Under the pieces are notes generated by a model. The model had not been told where the DNA came from. It made no database searches and saw only the letters and a list, made by a program, of their open reading frames with translations. Positions 22,768 through 32,280 of a stretch of 64,000 bases of DNA are shown here, in pieces (positions within the stretch are counted from its first letter, which is position 1; each line of letters starts with the position of its first letter). The stretch spans positions 67,123-131,122 of the forward strand of contig JBGSXW010000002.1 in the NCBI GenBank assembly GCA_041751215.1, in the 5' to 3' direction. This DNA comes from Candidatus Saccharimonadales bacterium (GTDB taxonomy: Bacteria > Patescibacteriota > Saccharimonadia > Saccharimonadales > JBGSXW01). Position numbers and translations under genes: made by a program.

Positions 22768-25110
22768 CTAATTATTGGCGTTAGATTTATCGAGCTGCTT
22801 AAGTTTGTACTGGGTGTACTTTTCAGCCGCAAGACGAGTTAGTTCGTCGTCTTCGCCTTTATTTACAAAGATCATAGAATCAGCAATCAGCGGATGAACT
22901 TCGGCTAAAACATCGTGCATTTCTTTAACTAGCTTTCGGTAACCAGGGTGACCCTGAGGTGAAGTCCTTAGTTCATGAAAATGAAAGGCTTCGCGGGCAT
23001 TGTAGGCTATCTTCCAGCGCATTTTGTGTCCCAGCAAAGTGGCATACTGCGCTTCTAGGTGATAGCCGGCCGACTGCAATTGGCTATAAAGCTCGTAGCT
23101 GATGTCAAAGCAGGATTCAAACAAATCAGATAACCCCGCGTCCTCTACCAGTTTAGGCACTTCGTATCCGTATCGAGGGCTTAGCTCCTGCCAGTTTAAG
23201 TCGTTAACCATTCGATGGCGCTGTAGATCGCGGAAGATGCCGTAGTCGCAAACTAACTCCCATGAGTAATGGGCTTGCTCTAGCGCTCTCCCGGGCTTGT
23301 GCCGACGGTTAAGTCGCTCGCCCATATAGGCCTTAAAAGCATTGAGTTTTTCGTCGTATGTCCAGCTATCAACTTCTTGTTCGATTTGCTCGAGGGGCAG
23401 GCTTGAGTGATCAAACAGCATCTGCGGCAACAGGTCGAGTTCATTCTTAGGGTAGTGGCTAATTAGTTTTACAGCCTTAGTTTCAGGACTAAGACTTTGC
23501 GGCAGCTTGCTGTCGGCGAGCTGTTTCATTGTCTTGTTGGTGTTGGCGCGGTAAGCCACCCAAGCCCCCCCGCGGCCTGGCTTATCGGCTCGCTCTAGAA
23601 ATACCGGAATAATCTTTCGAGCTTCTTTTAGCAGCTGGTCGCCGGTGTCGCGAGCTTCTTGCAGCTCGTCGCTTTGCAGATGCATTATTAAGCTCTCCAG
23701 CGCCTGGCCAGAGGCAAATATACCCACAGTCGCCTTGGTTGCTACCGGTAGGACGTTTCGGATGGCGTCACAAGCCTGAGCCCTTGTTGCGCCCTTCCAG
23801 GCTCCGTCGCGCTCAGCCTCTGGGGTATTTGAGTTGTTGCGAACGTAGTCTGTCAGCTTGCGCACCATGGTTGAGTAGGTGTCAAAAATTTTGTCCATTG
23901 ATTCTTCGTAGACTCGAGCCGTGTCGGCATCGAGGTTTTTAGGCGTGAAGTATTTATAGTTACCTCTAGAATCCTTTTGATCGAAGAATATATAGCGCGT
24001 GGACTGCTCTAGGTAAGCAGCCAGTCGGCCCCACTCGAGCTTTTTGGTCAAGATGTTAGAAGCGTTCTCGACTACGAGATGCAGTCCAACCAGTTGCTGA
24101 ACCGAGTCATCGCCGTAAGCCGTAATGACGCGTTTCAGCAAACCTTCGTCCTTACCTTCGCCCTCGGCGAACTCGTCTAGAAGAGTTACGCGCATGTCAT
24201 CGCCTCGGCGACTCAACCTTGCCATAGCAGCAGCTATAGTGGCTGCCGAGAACTTATCAGTAAAGGCATACACGTCGCCGTCTAGGTCGGTCACGGCGTC
24301 TTTTAGCAGCTCACGGCCATTTGCCGTCATCTTGAACCCGCCGTTGTCGGCTTTTTCTACGTATTTCTTTACGGGCTTGGAGTTATGTTTTTTTTTAGCA
24401 TCGCTTTGGTTGCTCGGTCCTTTTGATTTGCCTTTTGATCGTTTTGGTAGCATTGGCTCCAACCTTTCCCATATCATGTTGCTAACTTTTTGTCGGCTCA
24501 GCTCGTTAGTGTCTTTAACGCCGCTGATCTGAACGAATCCTTTTGGAAATAACTGACACAACTCTTCATATACTTGAATCGAGCGTTTAATGTGGCTGCT
24601 GTCTTCTTGATGAATGTCTTTTTTGTCGTCATCGCGTTGTTGGTACCGCTTTTGGGCAATCTCAAAGGGAACCGTTAGGACTATATTAAGATCGGGCCGC
24701 GGGATGCCGAGGGTTTCAAATTCCAGATTGTCGAGCCAAGTAAAGTAGCCAAGACGTTCCTGCGCATTCTTAAACTTGGTGCCTTGGTGTGCCATGTTTG
24801 ACCCGACGTATCGATCGGCCACCACAACCTTGCCCTCGGCTAGCGCCGTCCGAATGTCCTTGGCGGCGTGGTATCGGTCGAGAGCAAAAAACAAGGACCC
24901 GGTGTAAGGGCTAACATCATCTGCTTGCCCGTACTTTCCGTCTAAATATTGACGGATAAAAAAAGAGGAATCTTCTGAGTAGCGCGGAAAGTCGATGGTA
25001 TAGACTTCTCGACCCTCGGCCCGCAAGCGGTCAATTAACAGCTTAGTCTGCGTCTCTTTGCCAGAGCCGTCTGAGCCTTCGATGACAATGAATATTCCTC
25101 TATCGGACAT
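22768..25110 (-). CDS. fusion protein: N-terminal thymidylate kinase plus C-terminal (tandem) ThyX-like flavin-dependent thymidylate synthase
   Basis: N-terminus FIVIEGSDGSGKETQ..DRY (Tmk). C-terminal ~530 aa carries LQRHRMVNDLNWQELSPRY (ThyX RHR..S.RY-type) plus an upstream degenerate half. Confidence 0.7.
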   Translation of the reverse strand: MSDRGIFIVIEGSDGSGKETQTKLLIDRLRAEGREVYTIDFPRYSEDSSFFIRQYLDGKYGQADDVSPYTGSLFFALDRYHAAKDIRTALAEGKVVVADRYVGSNMAHQGTKFKNAQERLGYFTWLDNLEFETLGIPRPDLNIVLTVPFEIAQKRYQQRDDDKKDIHQEDSSHIKRSIQVYEELCQLFPKGFVQISGVKDTNELSRQKVSNMIWERLEPMLPKRSKGKSKGPSNQSDAKKKHNSKPVKKYVEKADNGGFKMTANGRELLKDAVTDLDGDVYAFTDKFSAATIAAAMARLSRRGDDMRVTLLDEFAEGEGKDEGLLKRVITAYGDDSVQQLVGLHLVVENASNILTKKLEWGRLAAYLEQSTRYIFFDQKDSRGNYKYFTPKNLDADTARVYEESMDKIFDTYSTMVRKLTDYVRNNSNTPEAERDGAWKGATRAQACDAIRNVLPVATKATVGIFASGQALESLIMHLQSDELQEARDTGDQLLKEARKIIPVFLERADKPGRGGAWVAYRANTNKTMKQLADSKLPQSLSPETKAVKLISHYPKNELDLLPQMLFDHSSLPLEQIEQEVDSWTYDEKLNAFKAYMGERLNRRHKPGRALEQAHYSWELVCDYGIFRDLQRHRMVNDLNWQELSPRYGYEVPKLVEDAGLSDLFESCFDISYELYSQLQSAGYHLEAQYATLLGHKMRWKIAYNAREAFHFHELRTSPQGHPGYRKLVKEMHDVLAEVHPLIADSMIFVNKGEDDELTRLAAEKYTQYKLKQLDKSNANN

Positions 25111-25116
25111 AGCTTC

Positions 25117-25809
25117 TTAAGTATCCTTGGGTGTTACGCGTTTGTCTTTGTAGGCTCTTGGCAGCATTTGCTCGGGCGTCCAGTCTCTGATGATGTCGCT
25201 TAGGCCTTGCTCGCCTTCTTGCTGGTACTTGCCGGTTAGAGAGGCGTATTCGTGCTCTACTGGACCGGTGTGATAAAAAACCAACTGAGCGATTCGCTCA
25301 CCCACCGGAAGGACTACTGCTTCGTGCTCGTTCATGTTGTAAATCTCTAGGGTCCAGCGATTGATATAGCCCGGATCGCCCCAGCCGGCGTCTAAACAAA
25401 CTGCTACGCCGTTTCGCCCCCACGTGGAGCGGGCTTGCATGGTGCTGGTCCCGGGTGCCTTGATGCCGATAAATTCATGGGTATGGCCAAGAATTCTTTG
25501 TCCTGGCTGCAAAACAATGATTGGGTGATCTGCCGGAATGCCCTTAAAAAGCTTGCGACCGTTTTCCTCGCACCATAGTCGGTGCGGTGTAGCGTGCCTC
25601 GGACCGTCGAAGTAACGATGCACATCCTCCTCGTCAAAAGGGTTATAGACGCCCTTGCCGGCGTTGTGCTCGGTAACGTAATACCAATGCCCTAGCGTTA
25701 CGTCTACGCTGCTGCCCCTAATGTGCGCCTCGGTGTAGGGATGAAAGATAATATGACCGTCTTTCACGGCCTCTTTAATCTGGATGTCGCTGTATACCCC
25801 TGTTTGCAT
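25117..25809 (-). CDS. dcd: dCTP deaminase family protein (dUTPase fold)
   Basis: SSVDVTLG, ARSTWGRNG and GWGDPGYINRWTLEIYN motifs. Confidence 0.7.
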   Translation of the reverse strand: MQTGVYSDIQIKEAVKDGHIIFHPYTEAHIRGSSVDVTLGHWYYVTEHNAGKGVYNPFDEEDVHRYFDGPRHATPHRLWCEENGRKLFKGIPADHPIIVLQPGQRILGHTHEFIGIKAPGTSTMQARSTWGRNGVAVCLDAGWGDPGYINRWTLEIYNMNEHEAVVLPVGERIAQLVFYHTGPVEHEYASLTGKYQQEGEQGLSDIIRDWTPEQMLPRAYKDKRVTPKDT

Positions 25810-25890
25810 TTTTCCTCACATATTTCTCTAATAGTTTACGCGACTAGGCTCACACCCAGCAAGCACAAGCGCAATGAATAATCCAAAGTC

Positions 25891-26661
25891 CTACTTGATC
25901 TGGGCGGAGAATTCGCTTGCCCGGTATTGCTTTGCCGTTTTATCTTTTTGAATGTCCGACCATAGCCGGTTTGTGCAAGCGAAAAGTTGCTCCAGGCTGC
26001 CATCGTTGATGACTGTAATATCTGGCACGATTTGGTTTCTCTCGCGCTCGGTTGGGTCGTCAAGGTCTGGTTCTGGTGCAGATGGTCGATTGATACTTAT
26101 AATTATTCCCCCAGCTTCTCTAACCTCCTGCTCGTCGGTTAAGAATCGCAAGCCGGATGCAATAAACAGCTGTCTGCCTTTTTTAGAGTCTTTGTGGCTA
26201 CGGTTAATAATTTCGCGGTACCAAATACCCGGAGACTTAATAGCTAGGTAGCCTCCGAGCCACTGCAACAAGGGGCGGTGCCAGTTCTTGTTTTCTGGTG
26301 TGATGATTTGACCGAATCGTTTTGGCTCTGCCTTTAATTTTGCAAAATACTCAAATATTTTTACAAACAAAGCATTATCGGCAGCAGCCGCGTCTCGTGT
26401 TGCAAGAATCTCTTCAAGTTTGATGTCTGTGTGCAAGTGTTCTTTAACAATCGGCACCAGCTCACTTAGCCAATCGTTGAGCGCATTAAAGTCTTGCTCG
26501 CCGTCTGGCAGCTGTTGCAGCTTAGTAAGCCATTGATTTGCAACTTCACTAACCAAGGTGGAAGATTCCATGCTGGTACTGCTAGGCTCAATGTCTTGCA
26601 GGAAATCAGTCAGCGATGTTTTGCCGTGGTGGATTCCACCAGTAACCCCAAGTAGTTTCAT
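25891..26661 (-). CDS. P-loop NTPase, nucleotide-kinase-like (putative)
   Basis: GVTGGIHHGKTS Walker A at the N-terminus; first gene of the dcd/tmk-thyX operon. Confidence 0.35.
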   Translation of the reverse strand: MKLLGVTGGIHHGKTSLTDFLQDIEPSSTSMESSTLVSEVANQWLTKLQQLPDGEQDFNALNDWLSELVPIVKEHLHTDIKLEEILATRDAAAADNALFVKIFEYFAKLKAEPKRFGQIITPENKNWHRPLLQWLGGYLAIKSPGIWYREIINRSHKDSKKGRQLFIASGLRFLTDEQEVREAGGIIISINRPSAPEPDLDDPTERERNQIVPDITVINDGSLEQLFACTNRLWSDIQKDKTAKQYRASEFSAQIK

Positions 26662-26685
26662 AGGCTAATACTATGAGATTAATCG

Positions 26686-27633
26686 TTAGAGAGCAACGCG
26701 GATACTAGGACCCATAGAGGTTGTTAAGGCGACAGACTCAATATAGGTGCCTTTAATGGAGCTAGGCTTTGCGGCCTTTACTGCTGCTACGACTGCCTCG
26801 GCGTTACTAAGTAATTTTTCGCCCCCGAAGCTTACTTTGCCGATGCGGCAATGCACGATGCCCTGCGAATCAACGCGCAGTTCTATGCGTCCAGCCTTGG
26901 CTTCTTTTACAGCTTTAGCAACGTCCTTTGTAACGGTTCCGCTCTTTGGGTTAGGCATAAGGCCCTTTGGTCCGAGCAGTTTGGCGTATCTACCAAGCTG
27001 AGCCATAACTTCAGGAGTTGCAATTAAAACGTCAAAATCTATCACTTCTTTCTTAAGCTGTTCTAAGAAATCAGCTTCACCAACGATATCGGCGCCAGCC
27101 TTGGTAGCTGCATCGTGCAAATCTGCACCTGCAAAGACGGCAACGCGCAAAGTTTTTCCGGTGCCTTCAGGCAGCACAACGGTTTCGCGAATGTTTTGAT
27201 CGGCTTGCTTGGGGTCAACTCCTAGGCGCATGTGAAGCTCAACAGCAGCATCGAATTTAACTGGGGAGGTCTTTGTTGCTAGCTCGCAGGCGCTTTTAAG
27301 GTCGTAAAGCTTATCGGCCTCTATTAGTTCGTTGACTTTACGGTAACCTTTGCTTCGGCGCTCTAATTTTGTGCGAGTTTTTGGAGCCGGTCCTTTTTTA
27401 GGCTGAGCGTCTGGGTCTTCTGACTTGCGAGCTTCCTTTGCCTTAACTTCTTCGACTTCTTTTACGGCTTTGGCGCTTCGCTTACCAGCCTTAGCGACCT
27501 TTTGTTCTGAAGTTTCTTCTGGAGCTTCTTCAGGAGTCTCGACTGGAGTTTCGACAGCTTCAGGTTTTTCTTCTGGAGTCTCAACTACTTTAGCTTCAAC
27601 TTCATCAGTCTTCTTAGTTTTCTTCTCTGCCAT
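26686..27633 (-). CDS. rplA: 50S ribosomal protein L1 with ~90-aa E/K/P-rich N-terminal extension
   Basis: The L1 core begins around [10 protein letters not shown]. Start set to ATG 27633 after AAGGAG. Confidence 0.9.
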   Translation of the reverse strand: MAEKKTKKTDEVEAKVVETPEEKPEAVETPVETPEEAPEETSEQKVAKAGKRSAKAVKEVEEVKAKEARKSEDPDAQPKKGPAPKTRTKLERRSKGYRKVNELIEADKLYDLKSACELATKTSPVKFDAAVELHMRLGVDPKQADQNIRETVVLPEGTGKTLRVAVFAGADLHDAATKAGADIVGEADFLEQLKKEVIDFDVLIATPEVMAQLGRYAKLLGPKGLMPNPKSGTVTKDVAKAVKEAKAGRIELRVDSQGIVHCRIGKVSFGGEKLLSNAEAVVAAVKAAKPSSIKGTYIESVALTTSMGPSIRVAL

Positions 27634-27691
27634 GATTATCTCCTTCGTGGTGCAAGCCCCGCCGTTTGGCAGGTCCCACAAATTATATTGT

Positions 27692-28126
27692 TTACTCTAC
27701 TTCAACACCCATGCTTCGAGCAGTGCCAGCAACCATTCGCTTAGCTTGTTCGAGGTCAATGGTGTTTAGGTCTTCCATCTTTGCCTTTGCAATGTCCTCA
27801 AGCTGGGCCTGAGTTAGCTTGGCGACTTTTTCTTCATGTGGACGGCCAGAACCTTTCTGGATGCCGGCAGCTTTGCGAATTAAGTCGTCTGTCGGTTCGC
27901 CAACAATCCTAAAGTCCATGCTGCGGTCGTCGTAGACTGTGATGTGCGCAGTAATAATACCCTGCATGTCTTTAGTCTGATCGTTGAACGGACCAATAAA
28001 GTCCATCATGTTTACGCCGTACTGACCGAGGGTTGAACCAACTGGTGGCGCCGCGCTGGCTTTGCCGGCTGGAATCTTCATCTTAATACTGGCGTTTGCC
28101 TTCTTTGCTGCTTTCTTTATAGCCAT
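27692..28126 (-). CDS. rplK: 50S ribosomal protein L11
   Basis: IKMKIPAGKASAAPPVGSTLGQYGVN. Confidence 0.95.
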   Translation of the reverse strand: MAIKKAAKKANASIKMKIPAGKASAAPPVGSTLGQYGVNMMDFIGPFNDQTKDMQGIITAHITVYDDRSMDFRIVGEPTDDLIRKAAGIQKGSGRPHEEKVAKLTQAQLEDIAKAKMEDLNTIDLEQAKRMVAGTARSMGVEVE

Positions 28127-28136
28127 AGTGTTTCTC

Positions 28137-28682
28137 CTATACTCGCTTTACCTGTAGGCCGTCAAGCTCAACTGGGGTCTCGCGTCCAAACATGTTAACC
28201 AATACTTTAATCTTGCCTTTTTGCGGATCGATTTCGTTGATTGCTCCATCGAAGCCCTTAAATGGACCATCAACGATGCTAACAACTTCCCCAACTTGAT
28301 AATCAATCTTGTGCTTTGGCTCTTCAACGCCCATGCGACGCATAATCTTATCCATTTCGTCGTCGGCTACTGGGGTCGGTTCGCTGCCTGATCCAACAAA
28401 GCCAGTAACGCCAGGCGTGTTGCGGACAATGTACCAGGCATCTTCGCCCATTTTCATCTCGACTAACACGTAGCCCTGAAAAATTCGCTTTTCAACTACC
28501 TTGCGTTTGCCGTTTTTGATTTCGATCTGCTTTTCCTTCGGTACCAATACCTTGAAAATTTTGTCGTTCATATCAAGCGATTCTGCTCGTTGTCGAATAG
28601 ACTCGGCTACCTTTTCCTCGTAACCAGAATAGGTATGAATTGCATACCATTGCTTTGATGAATCATATCGATGGGTGCTCAT
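28137..28682 (-). CDS. nusG: transcription antitermination factor NusG
   Basis: WYAIHTYSGYEEKV NGN domain and a C-terminal KOW domain. Confidence 0.9.
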   Translation of the reverse strand: MSTHRYDSSKQWYAIHTYSGYEEKVAESIRQRAESLDMNDKIFKVLVPKEKQIEIKNGKRKVVEKRIFQGYVLVEMKMGEDAWYIVRNTPGVTGFVGSGSEPTPVADDEMDKIMRRMGVEEPKHKIDYQVGEVVSIVDGPFKGFDGAINEIDPQKGKIKVLVNMFGRETPVELDGLQVKRV

Positions 28683-28969
28683 TACAGGAAAATCCTTTCT
28701 GCAAGATTTTTAAATACAATGTCGGCTAGAGCAATTACTACTGCAAAGAAGGCGCTGAATATAAACACAGCTAGCGTTAGGCGTAGTGATTCCTTGCGTG
28801 TAGGCCAATTAACCTTGCGGAGTTCAGACCAGGCACCAGAGAAATACTTTGGCACAGGTAGCTTAAACTTCCTCGAGGAAGTTTTCTTGACTGACTTCTT
28901 AGCAACTTCGCGCTTTGAAGTTAGCTTCGAAGAAGCTTTACTGTCGTCCTTAGTTTGGCGCTTTGCCAT
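28682..28969 (-). CDS. secE: preprotein translocase subunit SecE
   Basis: C-terminus ELRKVNWPTRKESLRLTLAVFIFSAFFAVVIA. Start set to ATG 28969 after GGAG. Confidence 0.8.
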   Translation of the reverse strand: MAKRQTKDDSKASSKLTSKREVAKKSVKKTSSRKFKLPVPKYFSGAWSELRKVNWPTRKESLRLTLAVFIFSAFFAVVIALADIVFKNLAERIFL

Positions 28970-28985
28970 AAAAACTCCAATTTCA

Positions 28986-29012
28986 TTAAAAAGATCATTA
29001 GAAAGATCATTA
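28986..29012 (-). repeat. 12-nt phased tandem repeat (UAAUGAUCUUU-like, about 2.5 copies) in the secE leader
   Basis: AAGATCATTA at 28991-29000 and 29003-29012; a third CATTA at 28984-28988. Confidence 0.6.
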
Positions 29013-29054
29013 AAAAAGAGCCTCAAACTAGTAAGTTCTTGGCCACTTGAGTCA

Positions 29055-29083
29055 AGTCTAACAGGGTTCTTCTCAGGGGTCAA
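29055..29083 (-). promoter_or_regulatory. sigma70-like promoter for secE-nusG-rplKA
   Basis: Minus strand: TTGACC (29083-29078), 17 nt, TAGACT (29060-29055). Confidence 0.45.
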
Positions 29084-29122
29084 CTACTAAATGATTTTTA
29101 AGCGTTGTGGTACATTACACTT

Positions 29123-30592
29123 ATGCATGAGTTAACAAAGCTTACATTACTTTGGGCGGTTATCTCTCTCTTAGCTCCGCTTTTGGCCCTGTTAACTAAA
29201 AAGAAACTTCTATTGCAATTTACCGGCGGTATCGCGACTTTTTTCGGCATATTGGCCTTAACTTCCCTGTTTGCCTCTAATCAAACCATTTTTGGCATGG
29301 TTTATTTGCTAGTTGTTCTGTTTGGTATCTTCAATGCTCTGCGGCTTGTTTTGCTCCGACAACCTGCCGAATATTTAACAGCCCAAGCCCCGCGGGACGC
29401 AGTCGGCTTGCTGCTTCTTTTGGCATTGAGCGGATTGTTAATGACCTACGCTCAATCAAATTTACAGCTAGAGACGGTCTTTGGCGCCACGGCCGCTTGG
29501 TTTTTCCTCGGCTGCTCGCTGGCGTTGCTTGGTTCGGTGCTTAGGTCCCGTTGGCGTTTTTCGCCGCCGCCTGCCGCCAGCAATGGTGGGCAGTTGCCGA
29601 CTTTAACTTTAGCTATTCCGGCCAGAAACGAAACGAAGCAACTGGTAGACTCGCTTAACTCTGCCTTGAGTCAAGACTACGACAGGATCGAGATTATTGT
29701 TTTTGATGACTTCTCGCACGACAAGACCCCTGAGATACTCGCAGACTTTGCTCGCCGCGGCGTTAGGTTTGTTCGCGGAACCAAGCCTGCTAATGGTTGG
29801 CTGGGAAAGAACCTTGCATACAAAACGCTGTCGGAGCAAGCCAGTGGTGACTATATTTTGTTCTGCGGAGCGGATGTTAGGCTCGGTCGCTTAACGGCGC
29901 GTAATCTTGTTCGATATATGCAAAAGAACGAGGTTGAAATGGTTTCATTGATGCCGCTGCAAAAAAAGCCAATCAACACACTTCGTTATCAGTGGCAATT
30001 ATTGCTACCGCATGTACTTAGGCGCACACCCCCAGTTCTAGGGACAATATGGTGTATTAAGCGCGATGCACTTTCTGGCCTCGGCGGTATTGCTGGGCTT
30101 AAAGCTGCAGTTGTTCCCGAGCGGTACCTGGCAAGAAGTCTGGCGCCGAGCGGAAAATATCGTTTCTTCTTTGCTCACGGATCGTTTCACGCCGGCTCAG
30201 TTAAAAACTACCGGGCGCAGATAGATACTCAAATTCGCATGTACTACCCGCTCCTACGACGCTCGTTAACTCTCGCGGCTGTGGCATCGGCGTACATGAT
30301 CTTTGGGATAATTGTTCCAATTTTTACAGTTATCGGCTGGCTTTTTATGGACCTAAGTTTGAGCTGGCAAGCCTTAGCCCTGAGCGGTTTAGTTAGTCTC
30401 GTTGCTCTGATCTTAGCTACTTCTTCTTGTTTGGATCGCAAACTTTGGAAGTGGCAGGCCTTGCTGCCACTACTGATGCTGCGTGAAGCGGAGTTGCTGC
30501 TCAGATCTACACTGCAGTACGAGTTCTCAGAGGTTTGGTGGAAGGGTCGAAACGTCAGTCGAACTATCCTGGGCGGGCGCAGCCGGCATTGA
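29123..30592 (+). CDS. membrane-embedded family-2 glycosyltransferase
   Basis: LAIPARNE..DYDRIEIIVFDDFSHDKT GT2 motif flanked by TM helices. ATG 29123 preferred over TTG 29105. Confidence 0.7.
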   Translation: MHELTKLTLLWAVISLLAPLLALLTKKKLLLQFTGGIATFFGILALTSLFASNQTIFGMVYLLVVLFGIFNALRLVLLRQPAEYLTAQAPRDAVGLLLLLALSGLLMTYAQSNLQLETVFGATAAWFFLGCSLALLGSVLRSRWRFSPPPAASNGGQLPTLTLAIPARNETKQLVDSLNSALSQDYDRIEIIVFDDFSHDKTPEILADFARRGVRFVRGTKPANGWLGKNLAYKTLSEQASGDYILFCGADVRLGRLTARNLVRYMQKNEVEMVSLMPLQKKPINTLRYQWQLLLPHVLRRTPPVLGTIWCIKRDALSGLGGIAGLKAAVVPERYLARSLAPSGKYRFFFAHGSFHAGSVKNYRAQIDTQIRMYYPLLRRSLTLAAVASAYMIFGIIVPIFTVIGWLFMDLSLSWQALALSGLVSLVALILATSSCLDRKLWKWQALLPLLMLREAELLLRSTLQYEFSEVWWKGRNVSRTILGGRSRH

Positions 30593-32251
30593 GGTTGGCT
30601 GGCTAACTTGAGTCTGAGTCGCTGCTGAACCTTTTACGCTCGGAATAATGATTGAAAAAGTGGTTCCTTTGTTGAGTTCGCTTTCTACTTCCAGGGTCGC
30701 ACCTATTAGGTTTGCTAGCTTCTTGGTTACATAGAGTCCAAGTCCGGTGCCGCTAGTTTCCCGCGTTCGGTAGTCCTCAGAACGGAAGAACTTTTCGAAC
30801 ACGTGCTTAATGTCGGCTTTGGATATGCCGATGCCAGTATCGCTAACTGTAAACACAATGCCCTTCTCGTGGGGCTTGGCTGTGACCGTCACTGAACCCG
30901 AAGCTGTGTATTTAATCGAGTTGGTTACAAAGTTCTGCAAAATTTCTTGCACATAGAGTTTTGAGGAAACAAACCTAGGCGCATTTGAATCTGATTGAAC
31001 AATTAGCTCCAAGCCTTTATCGGTAGCCTCCTTAGTGTAGTTATCGGTCAGTGACTTAAGAATTTCGTTCGGGTCTAGTTCTTCGGGGCTCACCTCGAGC
31101 TTGCCGCGTTCGGCTCGGGACAAAGTGGACAGATCGTTAATCATGGCAGCTAAAAATACTACCTGGTCGTGAGCTTGCTGAAGAGTCTTGGCGACCTTCT
31201 CCATGTCCGCGCCCTTTTTGGTAAGTAGCTGTGCGTTTGAGATGTCACCTTCGGCAATTGCAATTGGTGTTCGCAACTCATGCGAGACAACCGAAATAAA
31301 CTCATCACGTTCTTCTTCTAGGGATTTTTCTTTGGTTATATCACGCAATAGAATTACGTAACCGTGAGCGCCTCCACTTTCGTAGCCAATGCGAACTGGC
31401 GAGATGCTCAAGTACAGCTTTATAACTTCGTTGTCGGTCAGGCTCAGAGATAGATCGCGGGACACGTAGTATGTGCGCGAGGCCTTTGCTAATTCAAAAA
31501 TATCCACCGGGTTTCCTTTTTTATCGATCAACTTCACGTAATTACCGAGAGGTTTTCCTTCAAGCGATAGGTTTATGTCTAGTAACTCTAAGGCAGCGCC
31601 GTTATAAAGCACCACAAACCCAGACCTGTCTGTTGTTATGACCGCATCGGCCATGCTGTTGATTAAAGCCTGGAGGCGTTCGCGCTCTAGTAGCACTAAC
31701 CGCGCGTGAGCAGGGTTGTCTTGTTGCTCTGCGCGGACAATGATCGTTGCAGTAACGAGCGTGACCAATACCAATAACCCAACTTGCAACGCCGGCTCGA
31801 TCAATAAGCTAAAGTCGCCATAGTTTTGAACTCGCCTAAATACTCCGGCTTCCACAGCCACAACTAGTAGGCCGCCAGTTAGCAAAGTTATGCGAGCATC
31901 TAAAGATCGAGCGGCAAGGAGCACGATTAAAAAATTCACCCCGTAATAAGGACTTGTTAGTGGGATGTAAAAAATCAACATCGCCATCCATGTAAACAGC
32001 GAAACACCGAGGACTAACAGCTGTCGTGATTTTGATGTCTTTAGCGACAGCATTATAACCAAAGCCACACCAAGTCCGATAGTAAGAAGGCTGGTTATGT
32101 TAGCAACTTGACTGGCCGGGGCGTGCAAAGCTAGAGCGCTCTGACAAATTACGGCGACCGCAACCAGAGTAAAAGTGTACTCTGTAAACAAGCGTTCCTG
32201 AACGCTCTGAAGGGTGCCTTGCTGCTTAGACTTTTTTGACATTACTTCCAT
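30527..32251 (-). CDS. sensor histidine kinase (multi-TM, PAS, HisKA, HATPase)
   Basis: VSHELRTPI H-box and GTGLGL G-box. No response regulator adjacent. Confidence 0.85.
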   Translation of the reverse strand: MEVMSKKSKQQGTLQSVQERLFTEYTFTLVAVAVICQSALALHAPASQVANITSLLTIGLGVALVIMLSLKTSKSRQLLVLGVSLFTWMAMLIFYIPLTSPYYGVNFLIVLLAARSLDARITLLTGGLLVVAVEAGVFRRVQNYGDFSLLIEPALQVGLLVLVTLVTATIIVRAEQQDNPAHARLVLLERERLQALINSMADAVITTDRSGFVVLYNGAALELLDINLSLEGKPLGNYVKLIDKKGNPVDIFELAKASRTYYVSRDLSLSLTDNEVIKLYLSISPVRIGYESGGAHGYVILLRDITKEKSLEEERDEFISVVSHELRTPIAIAEGDISNAQLLTKKGADMEKVAKTLQQAHDQVVFLAAMINDLSTLSRAERGKLEVSPEELDPNEILKSLTDNYTKEATDKGLELIVQSDSNAPRFVSSKLYVQEILQNFVTNSIKYTASGSVTVTAKPHEKGIVFTVSDTGIGISKADIKHVFEKFFRSEDYRTRETSGTGLGLYVTKKLANLIGATLEVESELNKGTTFSIIIPSVKGSAATQTQVSQPTSMPAAPAQDSSTDVSTLPPNL

Positions 32252-32280
32252 TATGCCACATAACGCTCATGGTTTGAGCA

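Noticed and set aside
28986-29012. Short tandem repeats as a possible CRISPR array
   Set aside because: The units are 12 nt with no spacers, there are only ~2.5 copies, and no cas genes are present. It is not a CRISPR.
30527-30592. 66-bp convergent overlap of the GT2 and histidine-kinase 3' ends as a possible antisense regulatory arrangement
   Set aside because: Convergent overlaps of this size are common in compact genomes. Nothing beyond the overlap itself was seen.
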